DNA of 64,000 nucleotides from Oscillospiraceae bacterium (GTDB taxonomy: Bacteria > Bacillota > Clostridia > Oscillospirales > SIG627), in the NCBI GenBank assembly GCA_034925865.1, contig JAYFRN010000006.1, positions 10,236 to 74,235 of the forward strand. Reading direction: 5' to 3'. The translations under genes were made by a program, and so were the position numbers. How positions within the stretch are numbered: the first letter of the stretch is position 1; each line of letters starts with the position of its first letter. Shown one piece after another: positions 55,373 to 63,715 of this stretch. Under the pieces are notes generated by a model. It worked only from the letters and a program-made list of their open reading frames with translations. It was not told the DNA's origin and did not search any database.

Positions 55373-56431
55373 TTACAATTTCTCAGCAGTAGTGAAAATA
55401 GCTTTCATACCGTCAGAGTACTCACCTTTATAAATGTACTTTAAAAAATTCAGATCGTGATCATGATTTTCAAAGGTATGCAGAGTAAGATTCGTTTTTC
55501 CGAGTTGTTTGAATTCCGCTTCGATATCCTGTGCTTGCTGCATAGGCGTCATATAGTCATATTCTCCGGAAAATATATGTATTGGCAATTCAAGCAGCGG
55601 CAGGATCTCTTTTGTCGGGCGAAGTTCGAAATGTTCCTTGAACCAACCGCTTGTCAAGCGGATACCGTGATTGTTTTTGAGCCATTCGTCGTCGTTTCCG
55701 TCAATGGCGCGGAGCATGTTGTACAAATGTTCTGTAGCTAAAGGCGCTGTGTCGGCAAGTGTGATTTTACCGTCTCCGTCACGGTCAAGATCGGTAAAGG
55801 CTTTGTCACAGAATAATGATCCTCTCACCTGATTTATATCTTATGTAAAATCCGATTCTGTAATATAGCCTTTTCTGTCATAATCAAACAGATGCCGCCA
55901 AAATATAAGTGTAGAATTACCTGAAAGCTGCCATATTAAAATATCACGTAAATTTTCATTGCTATATCCGGCAAGCATCAGCGCAGATATTTTTGCTTTT
56001 CCTCCGAGAACGACAAGAGAAGCAAGATTTGAGCCTTCACTCCATCCAAGTAAAATCACACGAACACCTGGGTATGTTTTTCTCAGGTATGCAACAATAT
56101 TCTCAATGTCAGATACCGAATTATTAGGCAAATATTTTTTATATGCTTCATCATTAATATCGACGAAGTATGGAGGCGTGTCGCCGTCGCTGACACCGCG
56201 CTGACTGTAAGAACAAAAACCTATATTCCGTTTAGTTAACTCCTCTGCGAAAACATCAAAGTAGTTAAAGAGCCTCCCGTCAGGCAACTGCCGTTTGGTC
56301 GTATAAGTCATAGGTCCCGAACCGTTGACAAAAAGAATAATTTTGCCGCAGATACCACTTTCCGGCAGGCAAATCCGCACATCAAGCGGATATCCGTCAT
56401 ATGCGCATATATTAAGTATTTGTACAGTCAT
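55373..56431 (-). pseudogene. Alpha/beta-fold serine hydrolase with an inserted EF-hand pair, interrupted by one in-frame TAA (55843-55841)
   Basis: ORFs 55841..56431 and 55373..55828 are in the same frame (offset 15 nt). Nucleophile elbow GWSEGS is in the N-part. EF-hand loops DYDRKGYITESD and DRDGDGKITLAD flank the stop. Asp/His region (GEYDYM, ENHDHD) is in the C-part. No SD precedes the GTG of the second ORF. Confidence 0.7.
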
Positions 56432-57891
56432 CAGTTGTTTTTAATATATTCGTCTATGGTCCCCTGAATGGCATTAATACTCTGATCCTTGCGTGTGTCA
56501 TATTCGGAAGAGAAGTTGGACGATGAGGATGTCCACATCGAGCAGAACATGTCATACCATCCACCCCAATTGTAAATCATTGATAAGTCAAAACACCTGT
56601 TGGCGAGGATGATATCGAGCATCTCACCCGATTCAACGTCACGCATGGTCTTATGTTCGATCGCCGTATCGTAATAGGCTTTTCTCAATGTATCCTTCGA
56701 TTCACGGCAAAGCGCTTCAAGCGCGTATGCTGTTACATCAGTATTCACATTCGATGTCGGAATCGCATAAAGCGAAGCGCAGGTAGACGCGTCCACAACC
56801 TCGACATAAGGCTGATCCGCATAACGCTTCGGCATCGGGAGCAAGCCAAAGTCCTGATCAAAGGATGTATAAAGATTTCTTATAGTCCACAAAGTGGAGG
56901 AAGCGAGCAATGCTCTGTCGTCCTTTACGACCGAGGTGCAATCTCTCGACCAGCCGATATAATAAGTGTCGCGTGATTTGACCATATCCATTATTATATC
57001 GTATACTTCAGCTGAGGAGGAAGAATAAACGGAAAGCTCAGGATAATCATCCGCGTTTTTCTTAGTAACAGATTCACCGAGAGAATAAAACAGAGCATAT
57101 GTATTAAACGGCTCAAAAACGTAGCCATAGCTGTCGTTTATATCCATCTTGCCGTCATCGTTTACGTCCTTTTTCATCTGTTTGGATATCTCTTCAACTT
57201 TTTCTATAGTCCACTTATTATCACGTACGAGCTGATATAGATTTTCTATATTATTCTCTTCCCATACGTTTTTATTATAAACGCATATCCAAGTGGCATC
57301 ATTGTCGGACATTGAAAGATCACCGGTCGTGCAGAAAAGCTTCCCGCCTATTGAAAGCTGTTCATTTGCGTGCTGATCCCACCATGGTCCGTCAAGCTGA
57401 AGATAAGGAAGCGTCTTTAAATCGACGCAATATCCGCCTTGAGCCATTGCGGCGACAGATTTTCCCTCCGCGATTATCATGTCGAACGACTGATCGCCTG
57501 CATTGATCGAAGCCTCCGCCAATTCGCGTTGATTTTTAGGGGAAACAACAGATTCAAGAGTAATGCCGTATTTTTCGCTGAGTATCCCGTTACGGCGATA
57601 AACCGATTCGTTGATTATCTCGTTTTCATCACCATCAGCCGTGAAATCCATGGTATACCAATCAACATACCCGCTTTCGCGTCCCCGCGTGTATGCTTTA
57701 AATACATAACCGTTTGCATCTTCAAGCGCCGGAAGAGGATCAAAGCCGTAATATTTACCGTCCCCGGTATCTGTTGATTGTTCGTTTGTGCCGTTTGATT
57801 TGTTGCCAGACGGTTTCGTGTCATTTGCACATGAAGCAAACAATGTCGATACAAGAATCAATATCGCAAGAATAATGGATAGCTTTTTCAT
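56431..57891 (-). CDS. Extracellular solute-binding lipoprotein, paralog 1 (large ~490-aa SBP type)
   Basis: Start placed at MKKLSIILAILILVSTLFASC (lipobox). DGPWWDQHANEQLSIGGKLF shared with paralogs 2 and 3. Its TGA overlaps the hydrolase ATG (TGATG). Confidence 0.75.
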   Translation of the reverse strand: MKKLSIILAILILVSTLFASCANDTKPSGNKSNGTNEQSTDTGDGKYYGFDPLPALEDANGYVFKAYTRGRESGYVDWYTMDFTADGDENEIINESVYRRNGILSEKYGITLESVVSPKNQRELAEASINAGDQSFDMIIAEGKSVAAMAQGGYCVDLKTLPYLQLDGPWWDQHANEQLSIGGKLFCTTGDLSMSDNDATWICVYNKNVWEENNIENLYQLVRDNKWTIEKVEEISKQMKKDVNDDGKMDINDSYGYVFEPFNTYALFYSLGESVTKKNADDYPELSVYSSSSAEVYDIIMDMVKSRDTYYIGWSRDCTSVVKDDRALLASSTLWTIRNLYTSFDQDFGLLPMPKRYADQPYVEVVDASTCASLYAIPTSNVNTDVTAYALEALCRESKDTLRKAYYDTAIEHKTMRDVESGEMLDIILANRCFDLSMIYNWGGWYDMFCSMWTSSSSNFSSEYDTRKDQSINAIQGTIDEYIKNN

Positions 57892-57961
57892 ATTATTGAT
57901 TATACCCGTGCCTTTCTGTTCTTTCAGCATTTACACTGTCAGTAGATCTTAATTAATGATT

Positions 57962-57990
57962 ATTATATCATAATATTAACAAAAAGTAAA
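57962..57990 (-). promoter_or_regulatory. Promoter candidate for paralog 1 (extended -10)
   Basis: On the minus strand: TTTACT, 17-nt spacer, TGATATAAT. Confidence 0.45.
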
Positions 57991-58002
57991 TACGGTGGAG
58001 AG

Positions 58003-58033
58003 AAAATCCGCGCCTGTTTCAGACGCGGATTTT
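58003..58033 (-). terminator. Terminator hairpin downstream of paralog 2
   Basis: AAAATCCGCG-11 nt-CGCGGATTTT, a 10-bp stem with U-tracts on both strands. Confidence 0.6.
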
Positions 58034-58065
58034 ATTAACTCGGCATTCAAATAATTAACGCTTAA

Positions 58066-58102
58066 AGAGAGAAAAGACTCTGGAGTATGGGCTTTTCTCT
58101 CT
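58066..58102 (-). repeat. Conserved hairpin element copy A (homologous to 60001..60035)
   Basis: AGAGAGAAAAGACTCTGGAGTATGGGCTTTTCTCTCT, 11-bp stem. Near-identical core GAAAAG(A)CTCTGG(A/T)(G/A)TATGGGCTTTTC also follows paralog 3. Confidence 0.65.
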
Positions 58103-58196
58103 TACACGACTTATTTAAATGCCGTTTAAATAATCGATAGCCGAATTAGCAAAAAGCAATACTTATACAAAGCTTTTGCAAGTGCCGCATATAAAA

Positions 58197-59669
58197 TTAA
58201 TTTGATTTTAAGAATTCGTCAACAGTCGTATTTATTTCTGCAATAGTCTTATCCTTAGCAGATTCGTAAGTTGACGCGAAATTTGAACCCGATGTTCCCC
58301 AGAGATTGTAAAAATATTGATACCAGCCGCCCCAGTTATATATAATTGCCATATCGAAGTATCTGTTCGCGAGGATGATATCCATCATTTCGGCAGATTC
58401 CGGATCTCTCATGGTTTTATGCGTAATTGTGAGGTCGTAATATGCAACTCTGAGTGTGTCCTTTGATTCGCGGCAGAATGCTTCAAGTGCGTAGCCGGTA
58501 AGGTCGAGCTCCTTGTTGGATTTCGGGATTGAATAGAGCGACCCGCAGGTCGCGGTGCTGACGACATCGACATACGGCTGATCTTCGGTGAGCTTAGGCA
58601 TAGGAAGTATTCCGAAATCCTGCTCCCATGCTCTGTAATTTGCACGAACTGTATACATTGTGGTTGAGGTCATAAGCGCACGGTTGTCTTTTATTATAGC
58701 CGTGCAGGGCGTGGACCAGTCGATAAAATAATCTATCTTATCATCGGAAATGCCCCGGATAATTTCAAATACCTCCGCGGAAGCGGCGGAATACACTGAA
58801 AGCTCAGGAATATCATCTTTGTTTTTCTTGGTAATGGACTGGCCGAGGGAATAAAACAGAGCATAGTTGTTAAACGGCTCATAAATATAACCGTATTTAT
58901 CGTTCACGTCACGTTTGCCGTCATCGTTCAAATCAGTGCTGATGCTCTTGTTTATTTCCTGAACCTTATCAATAGTCCATTTGTTATCGCGGACGAGCTG
59001 ATAAAGGTCCTCGACATTCTGCTCTTCCTGTACAACCTTATTATATGTGCATATCCATGTTGCGTCATTTGCGGATATCGAAAGATCACCTGTGGTAAAA
59101 TACAGCTTGTTGGCAATAGAAAGCTGTTCGTTTGCGTGCTGATCCCACCATGGACCTTCAAGCGTGAGATAAGGAACCGTTTTTAAATCGACAAGATATC
59201 CTCCCTGCCCAAGAGCGGCGGAAACCTGTCCGTCGGCAACGATAACGTTAAATGCATCATCTTCGGAATTAATTGAGGCAACCGCCTGATCAAACTGCTC
59301 CTTCGGAGAAATGACCTGTGAAACGGTAAAACCGTATTTTGTTTTCAATTGCTCGTTTCTGTCATAGACAGAATCGTTGATCGCTTCTTCGGTGGTCTCT
59401 TCGGCATAAAAATCAACGGTATTCCACGCGGTATATCCGCTTTCCGGACCGCGGGTATAACCAATCAAATTGAAGCCTTCCGCGCCGCTTAGTTTGGGAA
59501 GCGGATCAAAACCGTAAAACTTATCATCAGTTTCTGTTACGGCTCCGGTTTTACCCGTATTAAGCGTGCCTGTTTTTACAGGATTCTTGTTATCGGCACA
59601 CGAAACAGCCGTGCAAACTGAGCAAAGCAATAACGCGACTATAATCAACGAAATAACTCTTTTTCCCAT
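58197..59669 (-). CDS. Extracellular solute-binding lipoprotein, paralog 2
   Basis: 490 aa. Lipobox-like CTAVSC. Collinear with paralogs 1 and 3 over its whole length. Confidence 0.75.
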   Translation of the reverse strand: MGKRVISLIIVALLLCSVCTAVSCADNKNPVKTGTLNTGKTGAVTETDDKFYGFDPLPKLSGAEGFNLIGYTRGPESGYTAWNTVDFYAEETTEEAINDSVYDRNEQLKTKYGFTVSQVISPKEQFDQAVASINSEDDAFNVIVADGQVSAALGQGGYLVDLKTVPYLTLEGPWWDQHANEQLSIANKLYFTTGDLSISANDATWICTYNKVVQEEQNVEDLYQLVRDNKWTIDKVQEINKSISTDLNDDGKRDVNDKYGYIYEPFNNYALFYSLGQSITKKNKDDIPELSVYSAASAEVFEIIRGISDDKIDYFIDWSTPCTAIIKDNRALMTSTTMYTVRANYRAWEQDFGILPMPKLTEDQPYVDVVSTATCGSLYSIPKSNKELDLTGYALEAFCRESKDTLRVAYYDLTITHKTMRDPESAEMMDIILANRYFDMAIIYNWGGWYQYFYNLWGTSGSNFASTYESAKDKTIAEINTTVDEFLKSN

Positions 59670-59756
59670 CTTTTTTCCCTTTCAAAATGTAAAATGACTC
59701 ATGGATTTAGTATATGGAGCATAACCATAGTAAATTCTTTATCGCTTATATTTAAT

Positions 59757-59786
59757 ATTATATCATATATGAATAATATATGTCAA
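59757..59786 (-). promoter_or_regulatory. Promoter candidate for paralog 2
   Basis: On the minus strand: TTGACA (59786-59781), 18-nt spacer ending in TGA, TATAAT (59762-59757). The block ATATCATATATGAATAATATATGTCAATA is duplicated upstream of paralog 3. Confidence 0.55.
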
Positions 59787-59917
59787 TATTGTTATTGCAT
59801 TTTTATCAGATTTATTGGATTTTAAAAACTGATTTTCTGAAACATGTCAAGAAATAAATATGCGGATTGATATAATTTAGAACAACTTTCATGCACGATG
59901 TGACCCATATTATCCGA

Positions 59918-59941
59918 AAAAGCTCATGTGTCTGAGCTTTT
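59918..59941 (-). terminator. Terminator hairpin downstream of paralog 3
   Basis: AAAAGCTCA-TGTGTC-TGAGCTTTT, a 9-bp stem followed by a U-run on the minus strand. Confidence 0.65.
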
Positions 59942-60000
59942 GACTGCAGAGTGATTAGATCGGTAATTATTAACCCGGTAATTAAATAATCACCACTTGA

Positions 60001-60035
60001 AAAGAGAAAAGCTCTGGTATATGGGCTTTTCCTTT
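60001..60035 (-). repeat. Conserved hairpin element copy B (homologous to 58066..58102)
   Basis: AAAGAGAAAAGCTCTGGTATATGGGCTTTTCCTTT, located just after the paralog 3 stop. Confidence 0.6.
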
Positions 60036-60062
60036 AAAAAGAATTATTCAATTGGCGATTTA

Positions 60063-61409
60063 TCAGTTATTATTCAAAAAATCATTAATTGTTGTATACC
60101 TGTTTGCAAGAATTATATCCATCATTTCAGCAGATTCGACATCACGCATGGTTCTGTGAGTGATGGCAAGGTCATAATATGCGACTCTGAGTGTATTTTT
60201 TGATTGGCGGCAAAACGACTCAAGCGCATAACCGGTCAGCTCAAGATTGTTATTTGATACAGGAATTGAATATAGCGATCCGGAGGTTGCAGTGCTGACT
60301 ACATCGACATATGGCTGATCTTCTGTAAGCTTTGGCATCGGAAGTATGCCAAAATCCTGTTCCCATGTTTTATAATTTGCGCGAATGGTATACAACGTCG
60401 TGGAGGTCATCAGCGCTCGGTTATCTTTAATGATGGATGTGCAGCCTGTCGACCAGTTTATGTAATAATTTACTTTATCGTCGGATATTCCGCGTATTAT
60501 TTCGAATACATCGACCGAAGCGGGGGAATATATTGACAGCTCGGGTATGTCATCTTTATTTTTCTTTGTTATTGATTGTCCTAAAGAATAAAACAACGCA
60601 TAATTATTGAACGGCTCGTAAACATAACCATATTTATCATTTTGATCGCGTTTGCCATCGTCATTCAAGTCAGAGCTTATGCTTTTGTTTATTTCCTGCA
60701 CCTTATCAATCGTCCACTTGTTGTCACGTACGATCTGATAAAGATTCTCGATGTTTTGTTCTTTATGAACCACCTTGTTGTATGCGCAGATCCATGTTGC
60801 GTCATTTGCGGATATCGAAAGATCGCCTGTTGTAAAATATAGCTTACCGGCAATGGAAAGCTGCTCGTTTGCGTGCTGATCCCACCATGGACCTTCAAGC
60901 GTGAGATATGGCACTTCTTTGAGGTTCACAAGATATCCTCCCTGACCGAGCGCAGCAGAGACCTGACCGTTGGCGACTATTACATTGAACGCATCATCAC
61001 CTGTCTTGATAGAAGCGATCGCCTGTTGATACTGATCTGTCTGTGACACTATCTGAGAGACATTGAAACCGTATTTTGTTTTCAGCTGTTCGTTTCTGTT
61101 ATAAACGGAATCATTGATAACTTCATCTATTGTCCCGTCGGAATAAAAATCTATAGTGCTCCAAGCACCGATGCCGCCGTCAGATCCGCGCGTATAACCT
61201 ATAAGATTGAAGCCCTCGATATCACTTATTGCGGGAAGAGGATCAAATACGTAAAACTCTCCGCTGTTTTCTGTCGTTTCTGCTCCGCTTGCGTCCGTGC
61301 CTGCCTGAGCTGTGCCTGATAACGCATTATTATCGTTACATGAAACCGAGGTGCAAACAGAAAAAATCAGCAATGCGGTGATGATCGGTTTAAATACACT
61401 TTTTCCCAT
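60063..61409 (-). CDS. Extracellular solute-binding lipoprotein, paralog 3, with an in-frame C-terminal deletion relative to paralog 2
   Basis: 448 aa. Lipobox-like CTSVSC. Very similar to paralog 2 by eye, but ...MMDIILANRY joins directly to TTINDFLNNN, skipping the NWGGW-containing segment. Confidence 0.72.
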   Translation of the reverse strand: MGKSVFKPIITALLIFSVCTSVSCNDNNALSGTAQAGTDASGAETTENSGEFYVFDPLPAISDIEGFNLIGYTRGSDGGIGAWSTIDFYSDGTIDEVINDSVYNRNEQLKTKYGFNVSQIVSQTDQYQQAIASIKTGDDAFNVIVANGQVSAALGQGGYLVNLKEVPYLTLEGPWWDQHANEQLSIAGKLYFTTGDLSISANDATWICAYNKVVHKEQNIENLYQIVRDNKWTIDKVQEINKSISSDLNDDGKRDQNDKYGYVYEPFNNYALFYSLGQSITKKNKDDIPELSIYSPASVDVFEIIRGISDDKVNYYINWSTGCTSIIKDNRALMTSTTLYTIRANYKTWEQDFGILPMPKLTEDQPYVDVVSTATSGSLYSIPVSNNNLELTGYALESFCRQSKNTLRVAYYDLAITHRTMRDVESAEMMDIILANRYTTINDFLNNN

Positions 61410-61488
61410 TTTGGCTTCTCCTTGTTTTCAATATATAAGCGAAATTTTTTATATCAGTCATCATGTCCTGTTTTATCTTCTGTTAATA

Positions 61489-61518
61489 ATAATATCATAT
61501 ATGAATAATATATGTCAA
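61489..61518 (-). promoter_or_regulatory. Promoter candidate for paralog 3
   Basis: On the minus strand: TTGACA (61518-61513), 18-nt spacer ending in TGA, TATTAT (61494-61489). Duplicated copy of the paralog 2 promoter block. Confidence 0.5.
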
Positions 61519-61560
61519 TACTGTTATTATATTTTCCACGGTTTTATTCGTCAACTTCTA

Positions 61561-61589
61561 TTGACAAATTGTCTGAGCAGAAATATAAT
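61561..61589 (+). promoter_or_regulatory. Consensus SigA-type promoter for the acyl-CoA ligase/ACP/radical SAM operon
   Basis: TTGACA (61561-61566), exactly 17 nt, TATAAT (61584-61589). Confidence 0.65.
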
Positions 61590-61651
61590 AAGGAATGTAT
61601 CTTAATTTATTAAAAACGTTGGCTTAAGTTTCATGAAAGAGAGCTTCACTG

Positions 61652-63442
61652 ATGTATAAAGGATATCCCGCTCGTAAACCACGCGTCGTAACCGATTTAA
61701 GATCGCTTATATTCGACAGCGCAGATTTGTTCGGCGACAAGGATTATTTGCGTTTCAAGCATAATAACAATTTGGAATCTGTTTCATTCCGCCGTTTTTC
61801 CGATTTCGTATCAGACTTGGGAACATCGCTGTTTGATATGAATCTTTCCGGTAAAACAGCTGTTGTAATAGGCGAAACATCCCCCGAATGGATAATTACG
61901 TATCTTTCCGTGATTATCGCAGGAGGAGTTATTGTTCCGCTCGACAAGGACCTATCTCATCAGGAAATAAAGAATTTTATTACAAGATCCGGCGCCTCCG
62001 CCGTATTTTATTCCGAGTCCTTTTCCGAGCTTTTTGACGGCAACGACGAAGCTGATAATGGCTGTGATATCAATTGCTATGTAAAGTTCACTCCGGAATT
62101 TATCGAATCAGAGCTTTCCGTCAACGACGGTATTCCCGCTCAAGACGGTCAGACACAGGATGGAAGAATAAGACTTGAGGGAAAACACATTTCCTTCGTT
62201 TCTCTTCTCCGCCGCGGCCGATACCTGAGATCAACAGGACATACCGAATTCTTCGATATCCCACAGGATATCAGCAAAATGTCCGCTATTATTTTTACCT
62301 CGGGCACCACTGGAACAAGCAAGGGCGTCATGCTTTCTCAAGGAAACCTTGTCTGCGCCATAAACGATTCATACCAGATGACAAATTTCACCATATCAGA
62401 TGTAATCGTTTCAGTCCTTCCGATACACCACACATACGAAATGACCTGTGGTATTCTAACGCCGATTGTATACGGTCTTACCGTATGTATCAATGACAGC
62501 CTTAAATATATTCTTAAGAATTTTCAATTTTACAAACCGACAGGCCTTGTTCTCGTCCCTCTTTTTGTTTCCACAATATATAAAAGAATCTGGGACAACG
62601 CAGTTAAATCAGGCCGCGACAAAAAGCTTAAGACGGCGCTTACTATTTCAGAACTGTCACGCAAAGTCGGGATCGATATAAGAAAGCCGCTTTTCAAAGA
62701 TATAATCGCCGCTTTTGGCGGAAGACTTGAAAAAATAATATGCGGCGGAGCCGCTCTCGCGCCGGAGCTTGTCCAGCAATTTGCCGCTTTCGGAATTGTA
62801 GTTTCCCAGGGATATGGCATCACCGAATGTGCTCCTCTTATTTCCGTATGTCCATACCATTTTACGAAATTCGGATCTGTCGGACTTCCTGTCCCGGGAA
62901 TTGAAGTCATGATCGACAAAGAGGATCCTAACGCTTCATACGGTGAAATCGTTGTGCGCGGCGGAAATATAATGCTTGGGTATTACGGCGACGCGGAAGC
63001 GACGGCCGCTGCCATTGAAGATGGCTGGTTCCGAACCGGAGATTACGGCTATCTTGACGAAGACGGATACTTATACATCACCGGCCGTAAAAAAAATGTC
63101 ATCGTTCTCAACAATGGCAAAAATGTATTTCCCGAGGAAATTGAAAGTTATCTCGAAAAAGTCCAGCTGATAGCGGAAAATGTGATCATAGGAAAAGCCA
63201 ATGAAAGCGGCGAGACTTACGGCATCACCGCTCTTATATTCCCGGATTTTACTTATGCCGCCTCAATCGGTCTCACTGATATAGTAGATATCAGCGAAGC
63301 AATCAAGGATCAGATCGCCAAGCTGAACAAATCACTCCCCTCTTTTAAACAAATAAGAGGAATTGAGATCAGAAAAACCGAATTTGATAAAACCACTTCG
63401 CATAAAATTAAACGTCACACGGTAAAGGCCGAAAACCAATAA
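61652..63442 (+). CDS. AMP-dependent acyl-CoA/acyl-ACP synthetase (long-chain fatty acid-CoA ligase-like)
   Basis: 596 aa. FTSGTTGTSKGVML AMP-binding motif, GYGITE, TGDYGYLDEDGYLYITGRKK motifs. Confidence 0.85.
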   Translation: MYKGYPARKPRVVTDLRSLIFDSADLFGDKDYLRFKHNNNLESVSFRRFSDFVSDLGTSLFDMNLSGKTAVVIGETSPEWIITYLSVIIAGGVIVPLDKDLSHQEIKNFITRSGASAVFYSESFSELFDGNDEADNGCDINCYVKFTPEFIESELSVNDGIPAQDGQTQDGRIRLEGKHISFVSLLRRGRYLRSTGHTEFFDIPQDISKMSAIIFTSGTTGTSKGVMLSQGNLVCAINDSYQMTNFTISDVIVSVLPIHHTYEMTCGILTPIVYGLTVCINDSLKYILKNFQFYKPTGLVLVPLFVSTIYKRIWDNAVKSGRDKKLKTALTISELSRKVGIDIRKPLFKDIIAAFGGRLEKIICGGAALAPELVQQFAAFGIVVSQGYGITECAPLISVCPYHFTKFGSVGLPVPGIEVMIDKEDPNASYGEIVVRGGNIMLGYYGDAEATAAAIEDGWFRTGDYGYLDEDGYLYITGRKKNVIVLNNGKNVFPEEIESYLEKVQLIAENVIIGKANESGETYGITALIFPDFTYAASIGLTDIVDISEAIKDQIAKLNKSLPSFKQIRGIEIRKTEFDKTTSHKIKRHTVKAENQ

Positions 63443-63487
63443 CTCATCCTAAATAATAATGCATATGCTTTTCAGGAGATTATATCT

Positions 63488-63715
63488 ATGTTTGAAGAAC
63501 TCAAAGCAATTCTCACGGACGAGCTTGATGTCTCGCCAGAAATCATCACACCAGACGCTGAATTTATCGACGATTTAAAACTTAACTCTCTCGAGCTTGC
63601 CGATCTTGTTGTTTTATGCGAGGACAAATTCGAAATTGACATTGATGAACAGGATATACACACTCTTATCACTGTAAGTGATCTTGTAGACTATATTGAA
63701 TCAAAAACAGCATGA
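63488..63715 (+). CDS. Acyl carrier protein-like (phosphopantetheine attachment site NSL instead of DSL)
   Basis: 75 aa. FIDDLKLNSLELADLVVLCEDKFEIDI fits the ACP helix II region. SD CAGGAG upstream. Confidence 0.75.
   Translation: MFEELKAILTDELDVSPEIITPDAEFIDDLKLNSLELADLVVLCEDKFEIDIDEQDIHTLITVSDLVDYIESKTA

Noticed and set aside
55841-55843. In-frame TAA in the hydrolase as evidence of stop-codon reassignment or programmed read-through
   Set aside because: TAA terminates many well-supported genes in this window at conserved C-termini (for example the GH35 gene and the nuclease-helicase gene). No downstream recoding structure was seen. A nonsense mutation or sequencing error is more parsimonious.
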